A stretch of DNA of 43,859 bases from an uncultured Elusimicrobia bacterium (GTDB lineage: Bacteria > Elusimicrobiota > Elusimicrobia > Elusimicrobiales > UBA9959): the NCBI GenBank assembly GCA_937870775.1, contig CALMZU010000206.1, forward strand, positions 1 through 43,859, given 5' to 3'. Below, piece by piece: positions 15,335-24,937 of the stretch. The position numbers were made by a program, and so were the translations under genes. Every line of letters begins with the position of its first letter. Position 1 is the stretch's first letter. The notes beneath the pieces were generated by a model, which was not told the DNA's origin, made no database searches, and saw only the letters and a list, made by a program, of their open reading frames with translations.

Positions 15335-17509
15335 TTATTTCTCGGTCAGGTTGAAGGCGCCGTCCCAGCCCTTGGGCGGTTCCTTGGCGTAGAGCTCGGC
15401 GAGGTCCAGGTAGAACTTCGACGGGCCGTCGGCCGGACGCGCGGCCAGCGCGGCCCTGAAGTCGGCCGCGGCCTCGGCGTACCTGCCGGCGAAGAACTTC
15501 TCCACGCCGGGCGTATAGGCCTTCAGCATGGCGGCCACGTCGGCCGGGGCCTTGCCCTTCTCGGCGAAGGGCTCGTACACCTTCACCGGTATGGCCTTGC
15601 CCACCACGCGTATGCTGCCCAGGAAGCGGTGGTCGAAGTCCCCCTTCAGGTCGGCGAAGGTCTCCTCGCTCACCATGATGCGCGAGTGGAAATACTTGTT
15701 GGCGCCTTCCATGCGGGAGGCCAGGTTCACCGAGTCGCCCATCACGGTGTAGGACAGGCGCGAGCGCGAGCCCATGTTGCCCACCACCATGTGGCCGGAG
15801 TTCACGCCTATGCGGGCGCGCGGCTTTATGGTGAACTGCTTCAGCTCGTCGTGCAGGCGCAGTATGGCGGCCTGGCATTCCACGGCGCTCAGGCAGGCCA
15901 GCTTGCGGTGGTCCTTCTGATCCAGCGGGGCGTTCCAGAAGGCCACTATGCAGTCGCCTATGTACTTGTCCACTGTACCGTCGTGCTTCAGTATGATGTC
16001 GGTAAAGGCCGACAGGTACTCGTTAAGCATCGAGGTGAGCTCTTCGGGCGAGAGTTTCTCCGACATCGTCGTGAAGCCCTCGAGGTCCATGAAGAAGGCC
16101 GTCATCTCGCGCTTCTCGCCGCCGAGCGACAGCTTGGACGGGTCCTTGGTTATAAGGTCCACCACCTTCGGCGACAGGTACTGCCCGAAGGAGTTCTTTA
16201 TCCAGCGCTTCTCACGGCCCTCGGCGAGACCGCGCTCTATTATGAAGTAGGCGGCCGGCACCGCGAAAGAGCTGGCGACAAGTATGAACGGCACCGCGTA
16301 CAGGTTAATCAGCATCACGTAATCGCCGACCAGCATGGCGAGAAGTATGCCGGCCGCGGAGGCGACCATCGTTTTAAGCGAGAACCGGGAAATGAAGAGC
16401 GCCAGCCAGGGCAGCGCAAGTATCAGCATCCCCAGGTAGACCGAAGTAACGTTCTTCAGCGAATCCCTGAACTTCAGGTTGTCCATGCTGGTGGCGTGTA
16501 TCTCAACGCCGGGGAACAACTTTAAGAAAGGCGAAGGGAAATGGTCGAAGGCGCCCAGAGCCGTAGAACCTATCAGTGTTATACCGCCTTTAAGAGCTTC
16601 TTTCTCTTCGGGAGCCAGCCTGTCCTCCAGTATATCTCCGACCGAGATATGACGGAAAGTAGAAAGCACCTTGTCCCCTGACGGTTTCGCCCAGCCAGGG
16701 TGGGCCGGCCTGTCCTGCGGGTAGCGGTAATTCAGCATCATCGGTTCGGAACCGTAGCTCATCTCGTACTCTATAAGCGGCTTGCCGGTGGCTACGGCAT
16801 AAGTGGCCATACCCAGCGAGGACACCTTCCCCTCGTCGCATTTAGGGCTGCATTTGAGCTTGCCCATGTTGAGGTCGCGGTACAGAAGGTTCTTCTCTTC
16901 AACGCCGTCAAAGTCCTCGTCCGCGCCGCGATAGAACAGGTAGAAATGGCGGACATGTCCGTCGTTGTCCAGGCTTATATCGGAGTTGGGATAACCCATA
17001 TAAGCGCTGCGCTCGGCCAGGCCTTTTATCGGAGGTTTTACCTTCCAGGATTCGCTGTCCACAGCGAATAGGTTCACAACATTCCCGGCCTTAGCCACGG
17101 CGGCCAGGAACTTGGCGTCGTTGGCCGGGTCGTCCCGGTCCTGGTCGAAGAACATCACATCTATGCCTATGGCCTTAACGCCCAGTTTATTAAGCTTCTC
17201 AATAAGGGTGGCGTAATACTTGCGCTTGAACGGGTAGCCGTATTTATCGACGGTATACTCGTCTATAGCGGTTATAGTTATCTTGGGATCGGCGGCCTTG
17301 TTTATATATTTGCCGAACAGGAAGGTATAGTCGCCGTCCGGCGTGAACGGCACTGACAGGTACATAGGGAATATCAGGCGCAGGTCATTCCACTTATTAT
17401 CAAAAGGACGCAACCCGTCCATGGCTTGACCGAACAACAGCCAGACTATGGAAAAAGCCGTTACCCCGATGTACAGATATTTCCGCCCCTTCTTGTCCTT
17501 CTTCTCCAT
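15335..17509 (-). CDS. CHASE2 sensor-domain class III adenylate cyclase
   Basis: N-terminal extracytoplasmic region followed by 3 or more TM helices. The cyclase core is FMDLEGFTTMSE ... DKYIGDCIVAFWNAP ... GNMGS ... YTVMGDSVNLASRMEG. The Lys in DKYIGD and the Thr in YTVMG are the adenine-specifying pair. Confidence 0.85.
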   Translation of the reverse strand: MEKKDKKGRKYLYIGVTAFSIVWLLFGQAMDGLRPFDNKWNDLRLIFPMYLSVPFTPDGDYTFLFGKYINKAADPKITITAIDEYTVDKYGYPFKRKYYATLIEKLNKLGVKAIGIDVMFFDQDRDDPANDAKFLAAVAKAGNVVNLFAVDSESWKVKPPIKGLAERSAYMGYPNSDISLDNDGHVRHFYLFYRGADEDFDGVEEKNLLYRDLNMGKLKCSPKCDEGKVSSLGMATYAVATGKPLIEYEMSYGSEPMMLNYRYPQDRPAHPGWAKPSGDKVLSTFRHISVGDILEDRLAPEEKEALKGGITLIGSTALGAFDHFPSPFLKLFPGVEIHATSMDNLKFRDSLKNVTSVYLGMLILALPWLALFISRFSLKTMVASAAGILLAMLVGDYVMLINLYAVPFILVASSFAVPAAYFIIERGLAEGREKRWIKNSFGQYLSPKVVDLITKDPSKLSLGGEKREMTAFFMDLEGFTTMSEKLSPEELTSMLNEYLSAFTDIILKHDGTVDKYIGDCIVAFWNAPLDQKDHRKLACLSAVECQAAILRLHDELKQFTIKPRARIGVNSGHMVVGNMGSRSRLSYTVMGDSVNLASRMEGANKYFHSRIMVSEETFADLKGDFDHRFLGSIRVVGKAIPVKVYEPFAEKGKAPADVAAMLKAYTPGVEKFFAGRYAEAAADFRAALAARPADGPSKFYLDLAELYAKEPPKGWDGAFNLTEK

Positions 17510-17544
17510 GATATCCCCTTATCCTTTATTCGCGCCCCTGCGCT

Positions 17545-19566
17545 TTACCCCATTTTCACAGTGAAAACGCTGCCGCCGGCGGCCCCGCTGGTTGCCTTTA
17601 TCGTCCCGCCGTGCAGTTCAACTATCTTCCTGGCTATGGCGAGGCCCAGGCCGAAACCGGCCTCGCCCTCGCCGGACTTCAATCTCTTGTACTTCTCGAA
17701 AACGGCTTCCAGCTGGTCGGGCGGTATGCCCGGGCCGGTGTCGGCCACGGTAAAGGCCACGCCCTGGCCTTCGCGCGCTGCGGCCACGGTAACCTTGCCG
17801 CCGGCCGGCGTGAACTTGAGCGCGTTGGAGACCAGGTTCTCTATGACGCGGCGCAGCAGCGACTGGTCGCCATGTATCTCCGCCCCCGCGGCGGCCGAGG
17901 CGTCCACGCTGAAATCTATCTTCTTCTCGTCGAAGAGCGGCCTGAAGTTCCCGGCGGCCTGCTCCAGGAAATCGGCCGCGCCGAACTTCCTCATGTCGGG
18001 CCGCAGCTGGCCGGCCTCCATGCGCGAGATGTCCAGCACGTTCTCCAGCAGCTTGAAGAGCCTGTCGCTGGAGTCCTTTACGTTGCGGACATAGCCCGCC
18101 TGCTTGGCCTCCGGCGAGAACTCGCGCTCCAGCAGCTTTATGTAGCCCTGCATGGTCAGGAGCGGCGCGCGCAGGTCGTGCGCCACCGAGTGGAAGAAAT
18201 CCTCTTTCATCTGCTGCATGCGGCGCTCCAGGGTTATGTCGCGCAGCACCATGAACACCGCCGGGCTCTGCGTGCGGGCGGAGAGGGTCTGCACGCTGGC
18301 GCGGTAGTACTTCTTCTCCCCGCCGCGCTCCAGTTCCACCACGCCGCCCTTCGAGAAGGCCTTCTTTTTCACCAGTTCAGCCACGCGGCGGCGCAGCGGT
18401 TCGTTCTCTCCCTGCGTCGCGTCTGACGCGTCCAGCAGCTCGCGCGCGGCGGCGTTGGCGTAGAGCAGTTCGCCGCGCAGGTCGGAAAGTATGATGGCGT
18501 CGTGGATCAGGCTGACCAGGAGTTCCAGCTTCTGCTTCTCCTCGAAGACCTTCTCCACCTGTATGCCGTGGTAGCGCTCCACTTCCCTCATCATGGAGTT
18601 GAAGGCCTTCAGCAGTTCGGAAAGCTCGGCGAACTCGGTGTCCTCGCCCACCGGCGTGCGGAAATCCCCCTCGGAAACGCGGCCGGCGCCGCTCATAAGC
18701 GCGTCCACAGGCGCGCCGAGCCTGCGGGTGAACAGCAGCGCCGAGAAATAGAAGGCCGTGGCGAAGGCCAGCAGCGCGAAGGCCGCCAGCCAGGAGATGC
18801 GGTTGATGCCGGCGAAGGCCTCGGCCCTGTTCTCCAGGGCCACCACGTAGAGGTCGAAACCGCGCACCGAGGAGGCGGAACCTATATATGTCCCGTCGTG
18901 GCCGTCCATGGAGAAGACCCGGCCGCGGCGCAGCATGTCGCGCACGGCGGCGCCGTCGAACTTCTCGAAAGAGCCGGAAAGCGGCAGCGCGTTGCCTTCC
19001 GCGTCGGCCAGCAGCAGCCCGCCGGTGACGCCCAGGCGCTGCGCGCGCAGCTTCTCGAAGAGGTCGCGCAGGTTCACCGCCGCGAAGGCGTAGTAGCCGC
19101 CGGGCAGCGGGTAGACCAGCCGGCATACCGGCATGTCGTAGATCATCTCGAAATGGCCGAGCGTGGCCCGGCCGCCGGAGGAGGCGGCGCGGAACAGCTG
19201 GTCGCGCGAGAGGTCGAGGTAGCCGTAATAACGCTTCAGTTCGGGCACGCCTCCGCTCATCACCTCTCGCCCGTCGGGGCCGGTGAAGGCGAGGTAGAGG
19301 AACTCCGGGTTGTTCTTGAGGGCGCGCGACAGCGACTGGCGGCTGACGTAGGAGGCGTCGGCGTCCCACATGCGCTCGAAGCGGCGCGCGAGGTCCTGCG
19401 CCTCGCGCTCCATCATCAGCGAGCCCATCTGCGCGACGTTGCGCTGCAGGTCGGAGATGTCGTTCTTGGCCCTGGCCTGGAAATAGAATAAAAAGAGACA
19501 GGCCGGGACCATCGGTACCAGCCCGGCCCCGAACACGATAAGCAGCAGTCTGTTAAGCAGCGTCAC
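17545..19566 (-). CDS. Sensor histidine kinase (periplasmic sensor, HAMP, PAS-like, HisKA, HATPase)
   Basis: H-box FFHSVAHDLRAPL, N-box ENLVSNALKFT, G1 DTGPGI, G2 GFGLGLAIAR. Two TM segments flank a ~250-aa domain. GTG start. There is no adjacent response regulator. Confidence 0.85.
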   Translation of the reverse strand: MTLLNRLLLIVFGAGLVPMVPACLFLFYFQARAKNDISDLQRNVAQMGSLMMEREAQDLARRFERMWDADASYVSRQSLSRALKNNPEFLYLAFTGPDGREVMSGGVPELKRYYGYLDLSRDQLFRAASSGGRATLGHFEMIYDMPVCRLVYPLPGGYYAFAAVNLRDLFEKLRAQRLGVTGGLLLADAEGNALPLSGSFEKFDGAAVRDMLRRGRVFSMDGHDGTYIGSASSVRGFDLYVVALENRAEAFAGINRISWLAAFALLAFATAFYFSALLFTRRLGAPVDALMSGAGRVSEGDFRTPVGEDTEFAELSELLKAFNSMMREVERYHGIQVEKVFEEKQKLELLVSLIHDAIILSDLRGELLYANAAARELLDASDATQGENEPLRRRVAELVKKKAFSKGGVVELERGGEKKYYRASVQTLSARTQSPAVFMVLRDITLERRMQQMKEDFFHSVAHDLRAPLLTMQGYIKLLEREFSPEAKQAGYVRNVKDSSDRLFKLLENVLDISRMEAGQLRPDMRKFGAADFLEQAAGNFRPLFDEKKIDFSVDASAAAGAEIHGDQSLLRRVIENLVSNALKFTPAGGKVTVAAAREGQGVAFTVADTGPGIPPDQLEAVFEKYKRLKSGEGEAGFGLGLAIARKIVELHGGTIKATSGAAGGSVFTVKMG

Positions 19567-19623
19567 GTTCCGCCTGCGGGACGCGCGGCGGCCGGTCTTG
19601 CCCGGCCGCCGTGCCGCGACCCG

Positions 19624-20823
19624 TTATTTCCCCTTTTTAAGCGCTTCTATCAGCTTGGGCACTATCTCGTGCGCGTCGCCCACTATGCCGTACTTGGCCA
19701 CGTTGAAGATCGGGGCGTTAGCGTCCTTGTTCACGGCCACGATCACGTCCGACGACTTCATGCCCACTATGTGCTGCACCGCGCCCGAGATGCCGAACGA
19801 CAGGTACAGCTTGGGCGACACGGTGGTGCCGCTCTGGCCCACCTGGTGGGCCTTGTCCTTGAAGCCCAGGTCCACGGCCGCGCGCGACGCGCCTACCACG
19901 CCGCCGAGCAGCCTGGACAGTTCCTCCAGCTGGTGGAACTTCTCCTTGGTCTTCATGCCCCGGCCGCCGGACACTATTATATTGGCGTTCTCTATCTTGA
20001 CCGCGCCGGTGCCGTGGTCTATCTTGCGCTCCAGCACCTTCACGCGGCGCAGGCTCTTGTCTATCTTCGCGCTCTCGCGCACCACCACGGCGCTGCGGCC
20101 GAGCACGGGCTCGATGGCCTTCATCACGTTGGGGCGCACGGTGGCCATCTGCGGCCTGGAGCTGGGCGCCAGGATGTCCGCCATGATGTTGCCGCCGAAC
20201 GCAGGGCGGCTCTGCAGCAGCAGGCCGTCCTTGATGGCCAGCGCGGTGCAGTCGGCGGTGAGGCCGACGTACAGCGTGGAGGCCACGCGGGGCGCCAGGT
20301 CGCGGCCCTGTATGGTGGCGCCGTAGAGCATCGACGAGGGCTTGTGGCGGTTGACCAGCGAGGTTATCACCGTCGAGAAGATGTCGGTGTTGTACTCGAA
20401 CAGTTCGTCGTGCTCGACGAGGTACACCTTGTCGGCCCCGTAGGCGCCGAGTTCCTTCTCGTAATCGTGGTTCTTGTCGGTCAAGAGCACGGCGCAGAGG
20501 TCTTCCTTCAGTTCGTCGGCCAGCCTGCGGCCGGCGCCGAGCAGCTCCAGCGTGACGGGCTTTATCTTCTTCGGGTGGCCCTTGTCGCCGGTCTCGGTGA
20601 GCTCGACGTAGACCCAGACGCCCTTATAGCCGGACAGGTCGCGGGAGGAGGCCTTCTCGCGGGTTATCGTGATGGCCTGCACCGGGCAGGTCTGCACGCA
20701 GGCGCCGCAGAGGTTGCAGGCCTCGTTCATCGTCGCCTTCTTGTCCACCATGTTGATCGCGCCGAACGGGCAGACCGGCACGCACTTGGAACAGCCTATG
20801 CATTTCTTCGAGACTTCTATCAT
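19624..20823 (-). CDS. etfA: Electron transfer flavoprotein alpha subunit with an N-terminal 2x[4Fe-4S] ferredoxin domain
   Basis: Two CxxCxxCxxxCP motifs (CIGCSKCVPVCP and CNLCGACVQTCP) precede a normal EtfA/FixB body with the FAD-binding C-terminus (YLSFGISGAVQH). Confidence 0.9.
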   Translation of the reverse strand: MIEVSKKCIGCSKCVPVCPFGAINMVDKKATMNEACNLCGACVQTCPVQAITITREKASSRDLSGYKGVWVYVELTETGDKGHPKKIKPVTLELLGAGRRLADELKEDLCAVLLTDKNHDYEKELGAYGADKVYLVEHDELFEYNTDIFSTVITSLVNRHKPSSMLYGATIQGRDLAPRVASTLYVGLTADCTALAIKDGLLLQSRPAFGGNIMADILAPSSRPQMATVRPNVMKAIEPVLGRSAVVVRESAKIDKSLRRVKVLERKIDHGTGAVKIENANIIVSGGRGMKTKEKFHQLEELSRLLGGVVGASRAAVDLGFKDKAHQVGQSGTTVSPKLYLSFGISGAVQHIVGMKSSDVIVAVNKDANAPIFNVAKYGIVGDAHEIVPKLIEALKKGK

Positions 20824-20856
20824 CGTTTTCTCCTGAATTTGGTCTGGTCGCCGGTC

Positions 20857-21648
20857 TTACTCGCCTATGAAGTGCTCGCGGCGCATGATGTCGAGTATCT
20901 TGTCCACGCCTTCCTGGCCGGAGCCGGAGAACATGGCCGCCTTCTCCCTCTGCGGGGGCGGGTAGATGCGGCTGACCTGCGTGGGCGAGCCTTTCAGGCC
21001 CAGGAACTGCGGGTCCGCCTCTACGTCGGCGGCGCTCCACACGTGGTAGGGCTTCTTGAGCGACTCGTGCACCGCCGGGAACGACGGGTACTGCGGCACG
21101 TAGTCCTTGGTCATCACCATCGAGAGCAGCACGGGCGGCTTGGCCTCGAGTATCTCGTGGCCGCCGTCTATCTGCTTGCGCACTATGATCCTGCGGCCGT
21201 CCACCTCGACGCTCTCGCAGAAGGTGATCTGCGCCATGCCGAGGTGCTGCGCCACGCCGGGGCCGGTCTGCGCGGTGTCGCCGTCTATGGCCTGCATGCC
21301 GCAGAAGATGATGTCGGCCTTGCCGATCTTCTTCACGGTCCTGGCCAGCGCGTACGACGTGGCCCAGGTGTCGGAGCCGGCCACCGCCATGTCGGAGAGC
21401 AGCACAGCCTCGTCGGCGCCCAGGGCCAGGCCCAGTTGCAGCACGGCCTTGGCCTGCCCGGGGCCCATCGAGACCAGGGTGACCTTGAAGCCGTGCTTCT
21501 TCTTGAGCTCCAGCGCGGTCTGCAGCGCGAAATGATCGTAAGGGTTTATGATGCTCGGCACGCCGGCGCGTATGAGCGTGCCGGTCTCCGGGTTGATCTT
21601 AACTTCGGTGGTATCGGGAACCTGCTTCACCAGTACTACTGTGTTCAT
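20857..21648 (-). CDS. etfB: Electron transfer flavoprotein beta subunit
   Basis: MNTVVLVKQVPDT N-terminus and AIDGDTAQTGP segment. 263 aa. RBS AAGGAGA. Confidence 0.9.
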   Translation of the reverse strand: MNTVVLVKQVPDTTEVKINPETGTLIRAGVPSIINPYDHFALQTALELKKKHGFKVTLVSMGPGQAKAVLQLGLALGADEAVLLSDMAVAGSDTWATSYALARTVKKIGKADIIFCGMQAIDGDTAQTGPGVAQHLGMAQITFCESVEVDGRRIIVRKQIDGGHEILEAKPPVLLSMVMTKDYVPQYPSFPAVHESLKKPYHVWSAADVEADPQFLGLKGSPTQVSRIYPPPQREKAAMFSGSGQEGVDKILDIMRREHFIGE

Positions 21649-21670
21649 GTTTTCTCCTTGGGTTAAAGCC

Positions 21671-23311
21671 TTATTTCGCCTTGAAGGTCTGCTTGAGCTT
21701 CTGGGCGACCAGGTCCATGTCGGTCAGCTGGCCTTTCTGCTCGGCCTGCACGGCGGACAGGTTCACAGCGTCGGACAGGCTGCCGGCCTGGTCGGAGGCG
21801 CCCAGCACCAGCGCGAGGCCCTCGACGGCTATGTTCAGCGCGGTCTGGCGCGCGTAAACGCGGGCCATCGCCTGCCAGCCCTGCTTGTCGAAGCGCACCG
21901 TCTCGCTGTAGCGCTCGGCGGCGGCGGTCCTGGCGAAGCAGGCGGCCGTCTCGGCGGCGGCTATCAGCTTGCCGAGCTTGAAGGTGACGTGCTGGTGGCG
22001 GGTGAGCTTCTGCACGCGGCACTCCTCCATGATGGCGCCGAGGGCGCGCAGCGCGAGGGCGGCGGCGTGGGCGCCGACGCACGGCACCTTGGCGTGCAGC
22101 TGGTCCAGCTGGTCGGCCTGGTCCAGGTAGTAGCGGCCGCGGCTCTTCAGGTGCTCCTGCCAGCGCCCGCGGTAGATGGTCATCTCCATGATCTCGCTGG
22201 TGCCTTCGTAGATGCAGGCTATCTTCACGTCGCGCTTTATCTTCTCTACGGGGAAGTCCTTGGTGTAGCCGTAGCCGCCCAGCGCCTGTATGGCGTCCTC
22301 GGCCATGCGGTTGCCGGCCTCGGTGGCGGAATACTTGGCTATGGCGCCCTCGGTCTGCAGGCCGTGGTCGCCGGCGTCGAGCTTATGCGCCACCTCTTCG
22401 ATGTAGGCGCGCGAGGCCTCGAGCCAGACGGCGTTCGGGACTATCAGCTTGTGGGTGTAGCCCTGCTTCTCGGAAAGCGGGGTGCCGGCCTGCACGCGCT
22501 GCTGGCTGTAGCGCACGGCAACCTCCAGGGCCTCGGTGCCGCAGCCCAGGCCGAAAGCGGCCACCATCAGGCGGGTATAGCCGAACACGGCCTGCGCCTG
22601 CAGAAGGCCTTTGCCTTCCTCGAGACCTATCAGGTTCTCGGCGGGCACGTAGACGTTGTCGAGCGAAAGCCCGGCGGTGTTCGAGAGGCGTATGCCGTGC
22701 TTGTCCTCGTGCTTGTTGGGGCTGAAGCCCTCCATGTTGCGCTCGACGAGGAACCACGACGGGCCGCCCGGGGCCATCGCCAGTATGGTGTAGAGGTCCG
22801 CCACGCCGCCGTTGGAGATCCACTGCTTGTTGCCGGTGATGCGGTAGCCTACGATCTTGCCGTTCTTCACCACGTGCTCGGCGCGGGTGCGCAGGTTCAC
22901 CAGGTCGGAACCGGCGTCGGCCTCGGTGGCGCCGTAGGCCACCAGCAGCTTCTCCTTGGCTATGCGGCTGAGCCATTTGGCCTTCTGCTCCTCGGTGCCG
23001 CCCTGGTTGAGCGGGTCGGTGCCGAGGAACGTCGCGAACACGCCGGTGGCGATGCCCAGGTCTATGCGGGCCAGCAGTTCGCAAACGCGGTATATGTCGA
23101 AGCTGCCGCCGGAGACCCCGCCGTACTCGGCCGGTATCATCAGCAGGTGCACGCCCAGTATGTTGGGGTCGTACATCTCCTTGAGTATGTCCGCCGGGAA
23201 CTCGTTGGCGGCGTCCAGCTCGCGGATCAGGTCGTAGGGAATGCGCCGCTTGGCGTAGTCCTTAAGGCTGTCCAGCATCAGGTTGCGTGATATCGCGTCT
23301 ATACTTGCCAT
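21671..23311 (-). CDS. Acyl-CoA dehydrogenase with N- and C-terminal extensions (546 aa)
   Basis: ACAD core including the catalytic-base region CIYEGTSEIM, followed by ~170 extra alpha-helical residues. RBS AAGGAG. Confidence 0.8.
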   Translation of the reverse strand: MASIDAISRNLMLDSLKDYAKRRIPYDLIRELDAANEFPADILKEMYDPNILGVHLLMIPAEYGGVSGGSFDIYRVCELLARIDLGIATGVFATFLGTDPLNQGGTEEQKAKWLSRIAKEKLLVAYGATEADAGSDLVNLRTRAEHVVKNGKIVGYRITGNKQWISNGGVADLYTILAMAPGGPSWFLVERNMEGFSPNKHEDKHGIRLSNTAGLSLDNVYVPAENLIGLEEGKGLLQAQAVFGYTRLMVAAFGLGCGTEALEVAVRYSQQRVQAGTPLSEKQGYTHKLIVPNAVWLEASRAYIEEVAHKLDAGDHGLQTEGAIAKYSATEAGNRMAEDAIQALGGYGYTKDFPVEKIKRDVKIACIYEGTSEIMEMTIYRGRWQEHLKSRGRYYLDQADQLDQLHAKVPCVGAHAAALALRALGAIMEECRVQKLTRHQHVTFKLGKLIAAAETAACFARTAAAERYSETVRFDKQGWQAMARVYARQTALNIAVEGLALVLGASDQAGSLSDAVNLSAVQAEQKGQLTDMDLVAQKLKQTFKAK

Positions 23312-23339
23312 TCAGTACTCCTTGTTATGTTCTAGATCC

Positions 23340-24830
23340 TCAGGCCTTCACAGGCTCGAAAGCCGCCAGGTAGCCCTTAACCTCGGCGACGAGCTTCTCC
23401 GCGGCGGCCTTGTCCTCCAGGCCCTCCGCGTTTATGAAGACGTTCTCGGCGGCGCAGCGTATGGCCGCCTCCAGCTGGTAGCGGGCGCTCCTGTAGTCGG
23501 ACATCACCTGGGCGGACACGGAGCCGCCGCAGACGGTCAGGCCGGCCAGCGCCTCGCAGGAGAGGCGCGCGGTCTTCAGCGGCACCTCGGCCGCGTACTT
23601 CAGCGCGGCCTGCATCTTCACCTTGCGCTCGGGGTTGTCCTTAGGGAGCTTCATGGCCTCCATGAACTTGTCGAAAGAGGCGGAATCCTCGGCGACGCAG
23701 CCCTGCAGCGCGGCCTTGTGCTCGCCCAGGCGGGCGTGCAGTTCGCGCAGCGCGGGCTTCTTCGCCTCGTCGAGCTTCTTGCTCTTGAGCGAGATGCCTA
23801 TGGCCATCTGGCCCAGCGCGCAGCCCATGGCGCCGTTCACCGCGCCGGCGGAGCCGCCGCCCGGGGTCGGGTCGGTGTTAGCGAGCGCGTCTATGAACAG
23901 GTTGGCGCCGCTCTGCCACGACGAGAGCAGTTTCAGCAGCTTGGTCTCGAGCACCTGGGTGTTCTTGTCGAAGCCCTGGACGTTCAAGGCCTCGGCGGCG
24001 TAATCGGTTATGGCGTCCTGGGTGGTGAGGCCGATGAGCTCGGTGCCGGTGATGGCTATGCCCTTCGGGTCCAGGTCCTTCTTCATCTCGTCGAGCACGC
24101 GCTTCACCGACGTGGTCTTGTAGTCGGTGAGCACGGTGGACATCTGCACCTGGCCCTTGGACTCCAGGAAGATCTCCTTCGCGCGCAGGGCCGGCAGGCC
24201 GCCGCCCGACGTGCGGATCTTCTTGGCCAGCATCTTGGCGAACTCCATGTCGGTGGTGTTCAGGTTGACGTTGAAGTTGACGATCTGGTTGCGGGCGCCC
24301 ACGGCCATGGCGCCGGCGGTGGGATGGATATGGTTCGGCCCGAAGTCCGGCACGCGCTCGGGGTCCTTGCCTATCACCTCGCGCAGGCCCTCGAACTGGC
24401 CCTTGCGCACCTTGGCCAGGTCCTTGCGGTGCTCGAACTTCGCGGCGCGGTCGTAGAGGTACACCGGGATCTGAAGCTCGCGGCCTATGCGCTCGCCGGC
24501 CGCTTCGGCCAGCTTTATGCAGTCCTCTATCGTGGAATCCATTATCGGTATGAACGGGGCCACGTCGGTGGCGCCCATGCGGGGATGCTCGCCCTTGTGC
24601 ACGTTCAGGTCTATCAGCTGGGAGGCCTTTTTGGTCACGGCGAACATGGCGTCGGCCGCGGTCTCCACGGGGGCTATGAACGTGAGCACGGTGCGGTTGT
24701 GGTCCGCGTCCTTCTCCACGTCCAGCACCAGCACGCCCGGCACGCTGCGGGCGGCGTCCACGATGGCGTTTATCTTGGCCAGGTCACGGCCTTCGCTGAA
24801 ATTCGGCACGCATTCCACGAATTTTCCCAT
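23340..24830 (-). CDS. ftcd: Bifunctional glutamate formimidoyltransferase / formimidoyl-THF cyclodeaminase
   Basis: The N-terminus MGKFVECVPNFSEGRD is the formiminotransferase signature. The C-terminal ~190 aa is helical and cyclodeaminase-like. I chose the start at ATG 24830 (RBS GGAGG) rather than the longer ORF starting at 24998. Confidence 0.85.
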   Translation of the reverse strand: MGKFVECVPNFSEGRDLAKINAIVDAARSVPGVLVLDVEKDADHNRTVLTFIAPVETAADAMFAVTKKASQLIDLNVHKGEHPRMGATDVAPFIPIMDSTIEDCIKLAEAAGERIGRELQIPVYLYDRAAKFEHRKDLAKVRKGQFEGLREVIGKDPERVPDFGPNHIHPTAGAMAVGARNQIVNFNVNLNTTDMEFAKMLAKKIRTSGGGLPALRAKEIFLESKGQVQMSTVLTDYKTTSVKRVLDEMKKDLDPKGIAITGTELIGLTTQDAITDYAAEALNVQGFDKNTQVLETKLLKLLSSWQSGANLFIDALANTDPTPGGGSAGAVNGAMGCALGQMAIGISLKSKKLDEAKKPALRELHARLGEHKAALQGCVAEDSASFDKFMEAMKLPKDNPERKVKMQAALKYAAEVPLKTARLSCEALAGLTVCGGSVSAQVMSDYRSARYQLEAAIRCAAENVFINAEGLEDKAAAEKLVAEVKGYLAAFEPVKA

Positions 24831-24937
24831 AGGTCCTCCGTAAAAGTTTAGCGCGGGCCAGTAAGGCCCTATTAATAAGATTATTATACTAATAAGGCCG
24901 GAGGAACTGGAAGAGGCCGCAAGCGGCCGGCGGGAGG

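Noticed and set aside
15335-17509. The cyclase as a CBASS/Pycsar-type defence cyclase with the DUF3307 membrane protein as effector.
   Set aside because: The enzyme is a canonical membrane-anchored CHASE2 class III adenylate cyclase with Lys/Thr specificity residues. It does not have a CD-NTase or Pycsar-like architecture, and the flanks are housekeeping and catabolic genes.
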